This document shows, one piece after another, positions 50,494 through 63,221 of a stretch of DNA of 64,000 bases. Under the pieces are notes generated by a model. It was not told the DNA's origin, did no database searches, and saw only the letters and a program-made list of their open reading frames with translations. The translations under genes and the position numbers were made by a program. How positions within the stretch are numbered: position 1 is the first letter of the stretch; every line of letters begins with the position of its first letter. The stretch comes from Ginglymostoma cirratum. Lineage: Eukaryota. The DNA lies in assembly GCA_024137785.1 (NCBI GenBank), contig JAHRHZ010000092.1, forward strand, positions 625,770 through 689,769, written 5' to 3'.

Positions 50494-52633
50494 CTATTGT
50501 CCAATAAGAAAACAGATGTATAACCATCAGGAGGATCATACAATGACTGAGCACTTGATGATGTTGTTTGGTCCATCATATCCCTACTAGTACTTTGAAT
50601 GAGCTTTCCAGTTATCCTGTTCTTTCCCTACTTTCCAAATTCTGTCCCCACTCAAAGCACTTCTTCTGCTCTTATTAGAAAATTAGAAATTTATCTCCTT
50701 TCAAGCAGTACTCTCTAATCACAACATTTGTCTATTTAGTAAAATAGCTCTCATCTTTCTCATTGCTGACTGCTAATGCTATTCTTAATAAGTTTCCCAG
50801 GGACATAGTTTACATGGCCCTCAGCCAGGTCTGACCCATCTCCCACACTTCAGCCCTCGCCTCTTCCTTGCCTTACCTACCATCCCATCAACATCCACAT
50901 TCAGAGGATCATTAGCTACCATTTCTGCCACCTCCAGTGGGATACCACCACCAGACACATATTCCCCTCCCCTCTCTTCTCAGTCTTCAGCCTTCAGGAC
51001 ATCCCGGTCCACTTGTCCTTCGGTCCCAACTCCCCCCACAGCTCCATGGTGTCTTCCCCTGCAACCACAGAAGGTGCATTACCTGCCCATTTACTTCCTC
51101 CCTTCTCAGGTGTATCAGCACTTAGCCCATACTCCATTCAATCTGCAGAAGGGTCACTGGGCCTGAAACATTAACTCGGATTTCTCTATAGACCTGCTGA
51201 GATTTTCCAGCAATTTCTATTTTAACTTTGTGAAGTTGGTAGGAAAGGAGTAAAGTAAAACTTTAATTAAATTTTAAGGTACTGGAAAAACTTGGTATTG
51301 CAGGTGATCTAACAGTCCTTGTGCAGAATTAAACTAGTTAACTTGCAGAGAGAGCAAACAAATAGGATTGAAAATCACATGTTGACTTTTACTTCAAGAG
51401 GATTTGAGATTAAAAGCAAGGATGCCTTGCTGAAACTCTTTAGGGAACTTCTGGAATACCACAAACCATTTTGGTTTCTTTGCAGAGAGATAAAACCTGC
51501 CTTAGAAAGGCACAAAAAAACCCCCAAAACAACACAACTGAGACAAAGGTAGCCCTTCCATGGAATTATGCTCCAATGAATTTAGAAGAATGTGAGCTAA
51601 CCTTATTAAAACAAATGCAACTCTTACATGATAGGTGTCTGAGCATGTACCCAGACATAACAAATTAAAGCACAGGAATTAACAGAATGAAAGACTAGAG
51701 GATTGGACAGGATTAGCCATTATTTAATAAATGGAAGAATGAGATTGAGGGAATCAAAATAAATTCCGTTTCTGTTTTTCATTTTCATCTGTAATGGCAA
51801 AGAGTTACTGAGGGGAAAACATAGACACTTTTATTTGTAAGGTAGGAAAATGCCTAAGGGCTAAATCACTAGAAAGTTTACTTGATATAAGAGCAGGTGA
51901 ATGTGTATATGAACACTGAATGAAACAAGCTAGGCCAAATGATCTGTGTCATTCACTCTTCATAATTCTACCACTGAATAGATGAGTTTCCACAATAACT
52001 TCATAGACATTGCGCATTCATTCCAACACCCAATGTGGAATTTTCCAATTACTTGGAAAAATCCATAGCATGGCATAAATTATATATGTCAGCCAGTGAA
52101 TCTGCACGCAAGATTATAGTCACTGCTCTTGTCATCAAGGCAATGTTGGACCGAGGATACCACAATTAAGCACTAGCAAAACTGAAGTCAATGGATATCA
52201 GGGAGAAATAAAAACTGCAGTGTTTCAAGAAGGCAGCTCATCATCAGCTTCTCCAGGTCAATAGGATTATTCAATAAATAGCCTTGTCAATACCCACATC
52301 CCATGAATACATTTTTTCAAAAAATCTGTTGAATGAAATTCATAGAATCATACAGTACAGAAGAGGCCCTTTGACCTATTAAATCTATTTCACCAAAGCT
52401 ACATTAAATCTATACTAATCCCACTTTGCAGCACTGGACCAACAGTCTTGAATATTATAATATTTTAAGTTCTCACTTTTTAAATGTTGTGAGGTTACTC
52501 ACCTTGACTACCCTCACAGGCAATGCATTCCAGACACCACCACTCTGAGTAAAACATGTTTGTTCACATTTAAGAGTACTCAGCTTAAATATATCATGCA
52601 TATTTCTAGGAATGTAAGTCAGTGCAATCTTAC

Positions 52634-52740
52634 CTTAGTTTTCCAAGCAAGAAATGACACAAACAATGCATACAAGATGCTTTTGCAGAACAGGATCAAA
52701 TACGTCAATTTTGCTGCTCCCATGCTTTGTAATTTTTCTT
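52634..52740 (-). CDS. TRBC: TCR beta constant exon 3 (connecting peptide + transmembrane)
   Basis: TTCACAG|...|GTAAGA, 107 nt, encoding EEKLQSMGAAKLTYLILFCKSILYALFVSFLAWKTK. It has the TCR-beta TM pattern Y-x5-K-x3-Y with an intramembrane Lys. Confidence 0.95.
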
Positions 52741-53927
52741 CTGTGAAATGATTATATTAAACAATATTTAGATTCTCTCAAACTTTGTGGAAAAACTGTT
52801 CAAAAACAAAACAGATTTGAACTTCAGAAGTCTACTGTTAGTGTCAATTTGTAAAAACTTATCAGGTCTACTTTTTACAAGAGAAACATCTCTAGGCCTA
52901 CTTCCCTATAGCAAGTTTATGTCAACAAGGTGGGGGGCTCGGACACAGTGGTAAAGTCTGTACCTCTGAACCAAGATGCCAACGTCCCATTGAATCCAGA
53001 GCTGAGTAATAATGTCTCTGAAACATGATGATTAGAGAACATCTACTCCAACAGCACATCATATCTAATTTTGAACACTCTGCTTGCTTTGGGAATCTTT
53101 GAACTAAAGTAATTTGTACCTAAAAATGTGAAGGAATGTCTGAAATAGGAACTCTGAAGTGTGTGAAGTAAGAGTCATTAAAATCTGTGATCCTTTCTAG
53201 GAGTAATGAAATATGTTCAAGCCCTTCTCAGAGAAATGAGCTTCATTATCCAGGCCAACATTCCTATTGCCCACTAAGAGGGAAAGCTGAAATTTGAAGT
53301 AGCCTCTTTAAAAGGGGAGATGTTAAAAATTGAGATTAAATATGAATTTTAAATACAAGATCTTGAAGCAGTATTGAGTTTTCCTAGGCGAATACCCATC
53401 CACAAAACAAGATCAGCAAAAATAAAACGACATGATTACTTAAAAGTCTCCTGGCACAAAAGGAGACATTCAGCCCAATGAATATTCTCTGCAGAGAAAC
53501 CAGCTAATTCCAGTCTGCATTTCTAATACATTTGTTTCCTTCAAATGCTTCAACTTCTTTTTGAAATTATTGGTCTTCCCCATTTCCACAACAGTCTTCT
53601 GCATTACCAGACCATTACTTTGTTCTGAATCATAAACATCCATGCACTTCACTGCCCCTACCCGATCCTGATTCTTCTAATATTAGCTCATGAAAACAGA
53701 TTTTCTTTATTTGCCTTCTCAAAATCTGTAATAATCTTGTTCTACTCTGTCAAATCTCTTCACACTCTCCTTTTCTTCAAGGAGAAAGCTGTCTTCTTGA
53801 ACTGGTTAGATAAAATTTTTCGTCACTAGAACTATCATGGAATATTTCCCCTGCTTCTTTTAAAGGACCCTCCCATCCTTTCTAAAATGTGTTGTCCGGG
53901 TACAGGTAGAAGCAGACAGAAACTCAC

Positions 53928-53948
53928 CTTTGCCAACACCACAGGCTC
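53928..53948 (-). CDS. TRBC: TCR beta constant exon 2 (hinge with interchain Cys)
   Basis: TTTTTAG|GA GCC TGT GGT GTT GGC AAA G|GTGAGT = (G)ACGVGK, 21 nt, phase 1-1. Confidence 0.92.
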
Positions 53949-54219
53949 CTAAAAAGAAAAAAGACACACAAGCATTTAACATTATAATACTTTATGTATC
54001 AATTAAATAGATGTAGATAATCAAATTGTAAGTCCCAATGCCTTATCTAATCATTAAGTCTTTTAAGTTAGCCTTTAATTTGACATTTACCATGACAATT
54101 GTAACCCAGGCTATATTTTTCTTGAATTATCTATTGAGGTTTTTTAATTGAATGTCTGGAACTATATAAATTCTTTGTAACTCACAGAAGATGGTGATGA
54201 ATTTCACTCAAGGACCTAC

Positions 54220-54561
54220 CAATGCTGATGGTTACATTTGCACTGTGTATCTGTTCCTTTTTAGAAGTATAATGATTCACTTTGCACTCAATAGTTTGAG
54301 GCTCAACCAAATCAATGGCTTGCAATCTTAACCGACTGCTGATGCTGTAGGACTTATTCCCATCCACTGGCTTGGAATTGAGATCAGTCAGAATCTTTAC
54401 ATCATTGTCCAGCTGAGGCCTGTTATTAATGATCCAGGTGATCTTGATATTGTCTGGGTAGAAGTTAGATATTAGGCAAACCACAGTTGCCTTCCTCTTC
54501 TCATTAATCTCTTCTGGAGAGGGCAGAAACATAGTGATGGTAGGATCCTTAACAGCGCCTT
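54220..54561 (-). CDS. TRBC: TCR beta constant exon 1 (Ig C1 domain)
   Basis: CACAG|(E)GAVKDPTITMFLPSPEEINEKRKATVVCLISNFYPDNIKITW...SYSISSRLRL...IECKVNHY...SI G|GTAGGT. The PS.EEI..K.KAT.VCL...FYPD and SSRLR motifs are TRBC hallmarks. Confidence 0.95.
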
Positions 54562-56159
54562 CTGTGAGGGAATTAAATAAAGATTACTGCAAAGAACATG
54601 GATGAAGATGAAATTCATGTCTGAATTTTAAGAAATAGGCCTTTCAATCTTACCCGGAATTATTAAAACCTTTGAACTTTCAACTGAAGCTAACTAATTC
54701 TTGCCACGTTAACTATTATGAATAAATTATCTAATCACATTAGAAACAGGAGCATTTTAAGTTAATTAACCAGGGATAGCAAAAGATGATAATCTGAATA
54801 TTTTCTTGATCCAGTTCTTTCTGTCTCTTGCCTGTGAGTTTTCTTATTAATTTGAAATTTTTTAACTAACTTCTGGTCCAACATGATACCTTACTTTTCT
54901 TATTTACTGGACTCCCATTCACCATATTTCATTGGCCAAGGCACTTTCAAATACCACTTTTGTCTGTTACTTGAAATATGACCTTAAATATAATACATCC
55001 AGCCATGGAATGATACAGCAACGAGGGAAGATATTAGACAAATTGGTGAGCTGTGGCATAGTGGTAGTGACTGAACCAACAGACTAATGTCCTGGATGGA
55101 ATTTGAACTCAGCTAATAACACTGGAAGACAAATCTAGTTTCAGAAGTAATGACCATGGGACTATCATTGATTGCTGTGGGAAGAGATGACAATGACTTC
55201 TCAGGATAGATATCTGCTATCTTTATCTAGGCTAGTCTACATGAGACTTCAGACCCATAGCAATGTGTTTTCATCTTAAGTGAATTCTCTGAAATGACCT
55301 AACCAGCCATTCATTTTGAAAGGCAATTTGAGACAAACACAGGATACAGAATTAGAATAAAGAAAAGTAAAGAACATGATTCATTTTTGGTAAGATATTC
55401 AAATAATCACTACTCTACTGTCCTGAAAAGCCCTGCAAATGAAATTCAATAGAATGTCCATAATTTCTTTTGTGAAGTTTACTTTTTCTTTATTTGTTTT
55501 GGTATGCAAGCGTCATTGACAATACCAAAAATACTTCTCACCTCAAATTTCTCTCAGATGATTGTGAGTGGCTGCCAGCCATTTTAAAGGACAGGTGCCA
55601 GTCAATCACATTGGTGTTAGACTGAAGTCAGAATAATTTAGACAGTGTACGCATTTCAGACGCCCTTCCCTAAAGGACTGAATGGAACAAAATGTGTTAT
55701 GAAGACAATCCTCAACTTTCAAGGTCATCATTGCTGAGTGGGACTAGTATTTAATTCCAGCATTGCAACTTATTTCATTTTAAATTTCTCAGATACCGTC
55801 ATGGGATCTAAGATCTTGACTCTGAACATTTGTCCTGGCACTTCCATTTGGAAAAGTCCACAACTAAAGTTTGAGTTTGGTCCGAATAATTGCACTTTTA
55901 CTGGGATCTTCCCCCTCAGATTTGCATTTCTGTTCTATGGCTGCAATTAGTATTTCTTTGAAATTTGTTCATGGGATGTGGGTATTGCTGCCTGGGCCAC
56001 AGAAGCAGGAAAGAGTCAAACACATTGGTATGGGCATGGAATCACACGTAGACCAGACCAGAATAAAGATGACAAATTACCTTCCCTAAAAGGCAATAAT
56101 GAACCAGATAGGTTTTCACGACAATCAGCAATAGTGGGCAATAGGCTAGCTTTTAGTTT

Positions 56160-56700
56160 AGGTTTTGGTCCTTACTTGCGTAAGGATGTAATTCGATGGC
56201 GGCAGTTCAGATAAGGTTCATTTCAGAAATGAAAGGCTTGTCTTGTGAGGAGAGATTGAATAGTTTATGCCGATACTCACTGGAGTTCAGAGGAATGAGA
56301 TGGGATCTAGTTGAGCTACATAAAATGCCCGGGGGGTACTGACAAAGTTGATGTAAAGTAGTTGTTTCCCTTTGTGGGAAAATCTGGAATGAGAAGTCAT
56401 GGATTTAGGTCACAGGATAGCAGGTATAAAATAGTGATGAGATGGAATTTCTTCTCTCGTAGGATCATGAATCTGTGGAATTCACAATCCTAGAGTAAAG
56501 AAAACACTAGGACAGTAAACAAATTTAAGGAAGGGATAGACATTTTTAATTAGTAACAGGTTAAAGGGCTATGGAGTGCAGGCAGAAAAGTTGAGTTGAG
56601 GCCAAGATAAGATCAGCCTATTCGTATTAAATGGCGAGGCAGACTCAAGGGCCTGAAATGCCTACTCCACTTCCCAGTTCTTCTGATCGTATGTTCTTAT
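56160..56700 (+). mobile_element. Decayed CR1-type LINE 3' fragment in the J-C intron
   Basis: TTTTGGTCCTTACTTGCGTAAGGATG, TACTCACTGGAGTTCAGAGGAATGAGA and a CR1 3' UTR. Confidence 0.7.
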
Positions 56701-58129
56701 CAAATTCAAAGGCCATCATTTGCCATGGTATCCTTCATACTTGTTACCGTTACTACTTACTTATCTCAATACTTTATTATCAGAACATTATAATTGTAAC
56801 GACAACTTCAATTTCCACTTCACAGTCTCTGCTTTAAAGAGAATGATCCCAGTTTCTTTCATACTTTTACAAAATGGAAGCCTCTCCACTCTGGACTCAT
56901 TCCAGTAACCAGCTAGATACCTCTTGCATGGCCACCGCACCTTACCTAAATTGAGGTGGCCAGGAATTTGACATTATGCTGAGGAGAGGATAAACCATGC
57001 TTTGAAGGGCAAATACATCCGCATTTAGCTTGTGCTGTTAATGAAATACAGATTTCACAAGGATATCAGCAGCAGGCCATGTCGAGCAACAACTTAATAC
57101 TGGGTCAGAGATATTTTGGACACCTTACCAAAGCCTTGGTCTTATGATGTTTATCAATACAAAAAGAGAGTTAGATAAATCGAGATAGAGACCCAACAGA
57201 CAGGCATGGCAAGGTTTATGGAAGGAATCCCAAAGTTCAGGTCCCAAAGTTTTGAACATAAGGCTCCAAATGTAGGATATATAGAGAAGGAAATGCACGA
57301 GAGACCAGAATTAGAGATCACACAAATTGTATGTTCTTATTATTACTGATCCTCCTTGCATTTAAAACACTTCATGACTTTGAACACTTCCATTAAATCC
57401 CTCATTCAGCAGCCTCTGTCCTAAGGAAAACAATCTCAGCCTCTCCAGTGTGTCCATGTAATTCAAGTCTTTTGAATATATCTCCCATTAACATTTTTAG
57501 CCATAAGGAGATCCTATGTATCCATTCATCCTTGGTAAAATTCTGGTATTTTAATGAAATGATGGAACAGATTCCAGTGATGAGTGATTACTTCCTGGCC
57601 TTATATTGCTTCTTCTGGTTCATTAGAAAGGACTACCTTGGGTTTGTTGGTTCTTTTCAAAAGCTGCTGGTTAAGGGTTATGGCTGTTATCAACTTAATA
57701 GCAGCATGAATTTCATTTGATTTGATTTATTGTTGTCACATGTACCAAGATACAGTGAAAAGTATTGTATTACATAAGGTATGATTTGTCTGATAATAGA
57801 GTAATAGGGTAATAGAGAATAGGGTAATAGAACAGAATGCAAAACATAATGTTACAGCTACAGAGAAGATGTGGAAAAAGATCAACTGTAATTATAATGA
57901 GAGGTCCGTTCCTAAATCTAACAACAGCAGGGAAGAAACAGTTCTTAAATGTCTAATTTATGTGTTTGGTATTTGAAATAATCATGGCAAGTTAAGAATT
58001 GTCTTTCTGTTGCCCCTCTTGTCACCCTAACAGCTATTTTGACCAGGAGATCTGTTGTCTTATATGACCCTATTGATACTTTGTTAAAAATGTATAATTT
58101 CAGATTGATCATCAGAAGAGTCATAGAGT

Positions 58130-59935
58130 TATAGAACATAGAACATAGAACATTACAGCGCAGTACAGGCCCTTCGGTCCTAGATGTTGCGCCGACCTGT
58201 GAAACCAATCTGAAGCCCATCTAACCTACACTACTCCATTATCATCCATATGTCTATCTAATAACCATTTAAATGCCCTTAAAGTTGGCGAGTCTACTAC
58301 TGTTGCAGGCAGGGCATTCCACGCCTTTACTACTCTCTGAGTAAAGAACCTACCTCTGACATCTGTCCGATATCTATCATGCCTCAATTTAAAGCTATGT
58401 CCCCTCGTGCTAGCCATCACTATCCGAGGAAAAAGGCTCTCACTGTCCACCCTATCTACTCCTCTGATCATCTTGTATGTCTCTATTAAGTCACCTCTTA
58501 ACCTTCTTCTTTCTAACGAAAACAGCCTCAAGTCCCTCAGCCTTCCCTCATCAGACCTTCCCTCCATACCAGGCAACATCCTGGTAAATCTCCTCTGCAC
58601 CCTTTCCAATGCTTCCACATCCTTCCTATAATGCAGTGAACAGAACTGTACGCAATACTCCAAGTGCGGCCGCACCAGAGTTTTGTACAGCTGCAACATG
58701 ACCTCATGGCTCCAAAACTCAATCCCTCTATCAATAAAACCTAACACACTGTACGCCTTCTTAACAATCCTATCAACCTGGGTGGCAACTTTCAGGGATC
58801 TATGCACATGGACACCGAAATCTCTCTGCTCGTCCACGCTACCAAGAATCTTACCATTAGCCCAGTACTCTGTATTCCTATTACTCCTTCCAAAGTGAAT
58901 CACCTCACACTTTACCGCATTAAAATCCATTTGCCATTTCTCAGCCCAGCTCTGCAGCTTATCTACGTCCCTCTGTAACCTGCAACATTCTTCTGCGCTA
59001 TCCACAACTCCACCGACTTTAGTGTCATCAGCGAATTTACTAACCCATCCTTCTATCCCTCATCCAGGTCATTTATAAAAATGACATACAGCAGTGGCCC
59101 CAAAACAGATCCTTGCGGTACACCACTATTAACTGAACTCCAGGATGAACATTTCCCATCAACCACCATCCTCTGTCTTCTTCCAGCTAGACAATTTCTG
59201 ATCCAAACCGCTAAATCACCCTCAATCCCATACCTCCGAATTTTCTGCACTAGCCTACCGTAGGGAACCTTATCAAATACTTTACTGAAATCCATATACA
59301 CCATATCAACCGCTTTACCCTCATCCACCTGTTTAGTCACCTTCTCAAAGAACTCAATAAGGTTTGTGAGGCACGACCTATCTTTCACAAAACCGTGTTG
59401 ACTATCCCTAATCAAGTTATTCCTTTCTAGATGATTATAAATCCTATCTCTTATAATCCTTTCCAACACTTTATCCACAACCGAAGTAAGGCTCACTGGC
59501 CTATAATTACCAGGGTTGTCTCTACTCCCCTTCTTGAACAAGGGGACAACATTTGCTAACCTCCAGTCTTCTGGCACTATTCCTGTAGACAACAACGACA
59601 TAAAGATCAAAGCCAAAGGCTCTGCAATCTCCTCCCTAGCTTTCCAGAGAATTCTACGATAGATCCCATCCGGCCCAGGGGACTTACCTAGTTTCACACT
59701 TTCCAGAATTGCTAATACCTCCTCCTTATGAACCTCAATCCCGTCTAGTCTAATAGCCTGTATCTCAGTATTCTCCTCAACAACATTATCTTTTTCCGTT
59801 GTGATTACTGACAAAAAATATTCATTTAGCGCCTCTCCTATCTCTTTGGACTCCACGCACAACTTCCCACTACTGTCCTTGACTGGTCCTAATCTTACTC
59901 TAGTCATTCTTTTATTCCTGACATACCTATAGAAA
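58130..59935 (-). mobile_element. Young CR1-type LINE, 5'-truncated, RT nearly intact
   Basis: 305-aa and 259-aa ORFs ([12 protein letters not shown]...NDLD; LVRPHLEYCVQF) are separated by a single frameshift near 59053. 3' tail (GTTCTAT)n at 58130-58152. Confidence 0.95.
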
Positions 59936-59939
59936 GCTC

Positions 59940-60680
59940 TGAAACAGACCCTTTGGACCAATTTGTCCACACTGACCAGGTATCCTTGACTAACAAGTCC
60001 AATTTGCCAGCAATTGTTTCATATCCCTCTAAACCTTTCATATCCACGTACTTGTTCAAATATATTTTAAATATCGTAATTGTACTCACTTCTACCGTTT
60101 CCCCTGGCAGCTCTGTTCCATATATGCCCCACCCTTTTTTGTGTGAAGAAGTTGCCCCTCAGATCCCTTTTAAATCTTTCCCCTCTCGCCTTAACCCTGT
60201 GCTCTTCATTTTTGGACTCCCATACCCTGGGGTAAAGATCTTGGCTACTCAACTTATCTATGCCCCCCATGATTTTATAAACTTCTAAAATGTCACCCCT
60301 TGGTGTCCTATGCTCCAGGAACATAAGTCACCTCTTTGTCACCTCTTCAAAAAAACTCAATCAAGTTTGTGAGGTTCAATTTCCTATGCAGAAAGCCACG
60401 CTGACTATCACTAATCAATCCACATCTTTCCAAATGTATGTATGTCCTGTCAATCAGAATCCCTCCCTCAACTTACCCATTACTGACGTCAGGTTGGCCA
60501 GTTCGTAGGTCTCTGAATTTTCCTTGCAACCTTTCTTAAATAATGGCACAACATTAGCCACCTTCCAGCACCCCACCTGTGGCTATTGATGATACAAGTA
60601 TCTCTGCTAGGAACCCCACAATTTCTTTCCTAGTTTCCCATAATGTCCTGGGACACACTTGATCAGGCCCCAAGGATTTA
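59940..60680 (-). mobile_element. Older CR1-type LINE fragments
   Basis: RGDILEVYKIM...RDLRGNFFTQ and RT-region DNA similarity. Confidence 0.75.
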
Positions 60681-61092
60681 TCAAAACCAAAAGAACTGCA
60701 GATGCTGTAAATCAGGAACAAAAACAAAGTTGCTGGAAAAGCTCAGCAGGTCTGGCAGCATCTGTGGAGGAGAAAACAGAGTTAACATTTCGGGTCCGGT
60801 GACCCTTCCTCAGAACGTTCTGTGTTAGTCATGGAAGGGAAAAATCTTGCATTGAATAGCATTTAATAGATTGATTGTGAGCAGTAGGAATTTCAGAGAA
60901 TAGATCCACCCGTTTAGGGCATCTCTACTTGAGGCTGAATGCAACAATAACCATGCTACTCTCAAAGCAAATCATGATTACAAAGCCAGCTTTAAACTAA
61001 GAGCCAAACGATGAATTGAACCCATGCCACTGCCCATTAGAGATAACTTAAGAACAATTAAAGTCATGCAATGCTTCGAATCCTTCACCTAC

Positions 61093-61140
61093 CTGAAACT
61101 ACTAACATGGTCCCAGCGCCAAATGTAATAGTTATTTGAG
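61093..61140 (-). CDS. TRBJ: TCR beta J segment (apparently functional, C-proximal)
   Basis: QITITFGAGTMLVVS + G|GTAGGT. 12-RSS: CACAGTG (61141-61147) + 12 nt + GTTAAAACG (61160-61168). Confidence 0.92.
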
Positions 61141-62188
61141 CACAGTGCTACAGGATGATGTTAAAACGGTCAACTATTTAAAATACTGTCTTCAGAAAAG
61201 ATTCTCAAATGACAGACTTACATCCTATTAAACTTTAATTTAAAGATGGTCAGAAAATACATTACACCACATTTTGCATTTCATATAAGGTATTGAATTT
61301 CAATAAATAAGTGATGCTCCACAGCAGTCTTGACAGCCAACATTTAACAACCATACACTTACGCGTATGAAAATCTTAAAGAGTTAGTCAAACTAAATGG
61401 ATAGTGTGGTGCGGAAATTTAGGGGCTATTTTCCAGTATTGAGTATCTTAGCAGTTGAGAACATAGCCTCAAATGGTGGAGAACTCAAAATTGAGTAAAC
61501 TCAGCCTGAAGAGACAAAGAGGTGGGAATGGGGGGAATGAGGGAGATTGCAGAATTGGATTGTAGTTCAACTTCAAGAATTCTGGAGGAACATCATAACA
61601 TAGAGTTGAGGAAATACAAAATCTTCTACAGCAGGGAATGCCTGAGATGAAAAACTTAGCACTTAAAATAAAGCAGATAAAGAGAGGACATAGGAATAGA
61701 AGGGTAGGTTGATAAAGTGAGATAATAAAAAAAAATTATCAGAAGGATGTGCATCTCGAGGATTGTGTTCAGTTTGGTATGACATGTTTCACCAATTTCT
61801 GGACATGAATAATCCACAAGATCTATAATCCATCTTTGGGGAAGTGAGCAAACATCTTGAAACTTTCTTTTTAACAATGTTCTTAATGTCCCCAAAATAA
61901 TGGACTCCAGCATTCAACAGGGCAGATCGCCACCAACTTCTCAAGGACACGTAGCTCTGGGTGATAAATGTTAGCTTTTCCAGAGGTCCTTGCAACAGGC
62001 AAACAATCAAAAATGTTCTTTCCATTATTCATATTGAAGTCACACATTAATATTTTCAATGAATTTTAAAATGGATATTGCCCACCAGAAATATTTGTCT
62101 TAGAAAAGTTGCAGAATGCTGAACTTCCAATCCCTTTATGTATTTGAAAAACAAAAATCATAGTCACATTTTTTAACTTTCAACTCAC

Positions 62189-62241
62189 CCAGAATGGTCA
62201 GTTTAGACCCTTCACCAAAGAAATAATCATAGCTTCCAGAG
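62189..62241 (-). CDS. TRBJ: TCR beta J segment, intact coding sequence but RSS split by a LINE
   Basis: SGSYDYFFGEGSKLTIL + G|GTGAGT. Heptamer CACAGTG at 62242-62248, with no nonamer at +12 because CR1 sequence starts at about 62257. Confidence 0.9.
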
Positions 62242-62256
62242 CACAGTGTTTCATTC

Positions 62257-62870
62257 ATTTTTAGCTTTCATTAATAGCGGGATTGAGTTCAAGAGCCGTG
62301 AAGTTATGCCCCAGCTATACAAAAGCCTGGTTCGGCCACATCTGGAGTCTTGTGTCCAGTTCTGGTCACCTCATTACAGGAAAGATGTGGAAACATTGGA
62401 AAAGGTGCAGAGGAGATTTACCAGGATGTTGCCTGGAATGGCGGGAAGGTCTTACGAGGAAAGGTTGAGGGAGCTAGGGCTTTTCTCTTTAGAAAGATGA
62501 AGGATGAGAGGTGACTTGATAGAGGTGTACAAAATGATCAGAGGTATAGATAGAGTAGACAGCCAGAGACTTTTTCCTAGGGTGGAGGTAGCTTTTACAA
62601 AGGGACATAGTTTTAAAGTGAAAGGAGGTAGATATCGGGGAGACATCAGAGGTAGATTCTTTACTCAGAGAGTGGTAGGGGCATGGAATGCATTGCCGGA
62701 GAGGATAGTGGAGTTGGCCTCATTAGGGGCATTTAAGCGGCTATTAGATAGGCATGTGGATGATAGTATAAGGTAGCGGTGGAGGTTAGATAGACCTTAG
62801 GTTTCGGTTAAAAGTTTGGCACAACATCGTGGGCCGAAGGGCTGTACTGTGCTGTACTGTTCTATGTCCT
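62257..62870 (+). mobile_element. Young CR1-type LINE 3' fragment inside a J RSS spacer
   Basis: LYKSLVRPHLESCVQFWSPHYRKD...FFTQRVVGAWNALP, tail CTGTTCTATGTCCT, and ATTC on both sides (62253-62256, 62871-62874). Confidence 0.92.
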
Positions 62871-63171
62871 ATTCCGGTTACAAAACTGTTCCAGCTTCCA
62901 AAGAATTGGGGAATTTTGGATTCGTAATAAAATTAGCCTTTTGATATCTCTCAGAATCCATATGGCAGGAAAAAAAGCTTTCTTTAAAATAGCTTTCCTT
63001 TTATACAATTCTACGATCAATGTTGACCCGTGTCTGTCTTTCAGGTCTGATCCATGTCCTAAATGCACTGAATGCAAAAGGTATTTCAGCAAAGAAATTA
63101 ACATCTTGACCCTCTTTCTTAGCAATTTTAACAGCACATTTTCCGAGTTAACCCAACATTTCTAGGGTCAC

Positions 63172-63221
63172 GTATTACAACCAATTTAGAGCCACTTCAA
63201 AAATAATATTGAGTTCCAGAA
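63172..63221 (-). pseudogene. TRBJ: TCR beta J pseudo-segment (stop in FGXG)
   Basis: SGTQYYF*SGSKLVVI, with TGA at 63197-63199 in place of Gly. Weak donor GTGACC. 12-RSS CACAGTG (63222-63228) + 12 nt + CAGAAAACA (63241-63249). Confidence 0.85.

Noticed and set aside
54182-54219. Read-through of TRBC exon 1 (RSLSEIHHHLL*) as a secreted form
   Set aside because: An ordinary short intronic run-on past a good GTAGGT donor, with no secretory-tail features.
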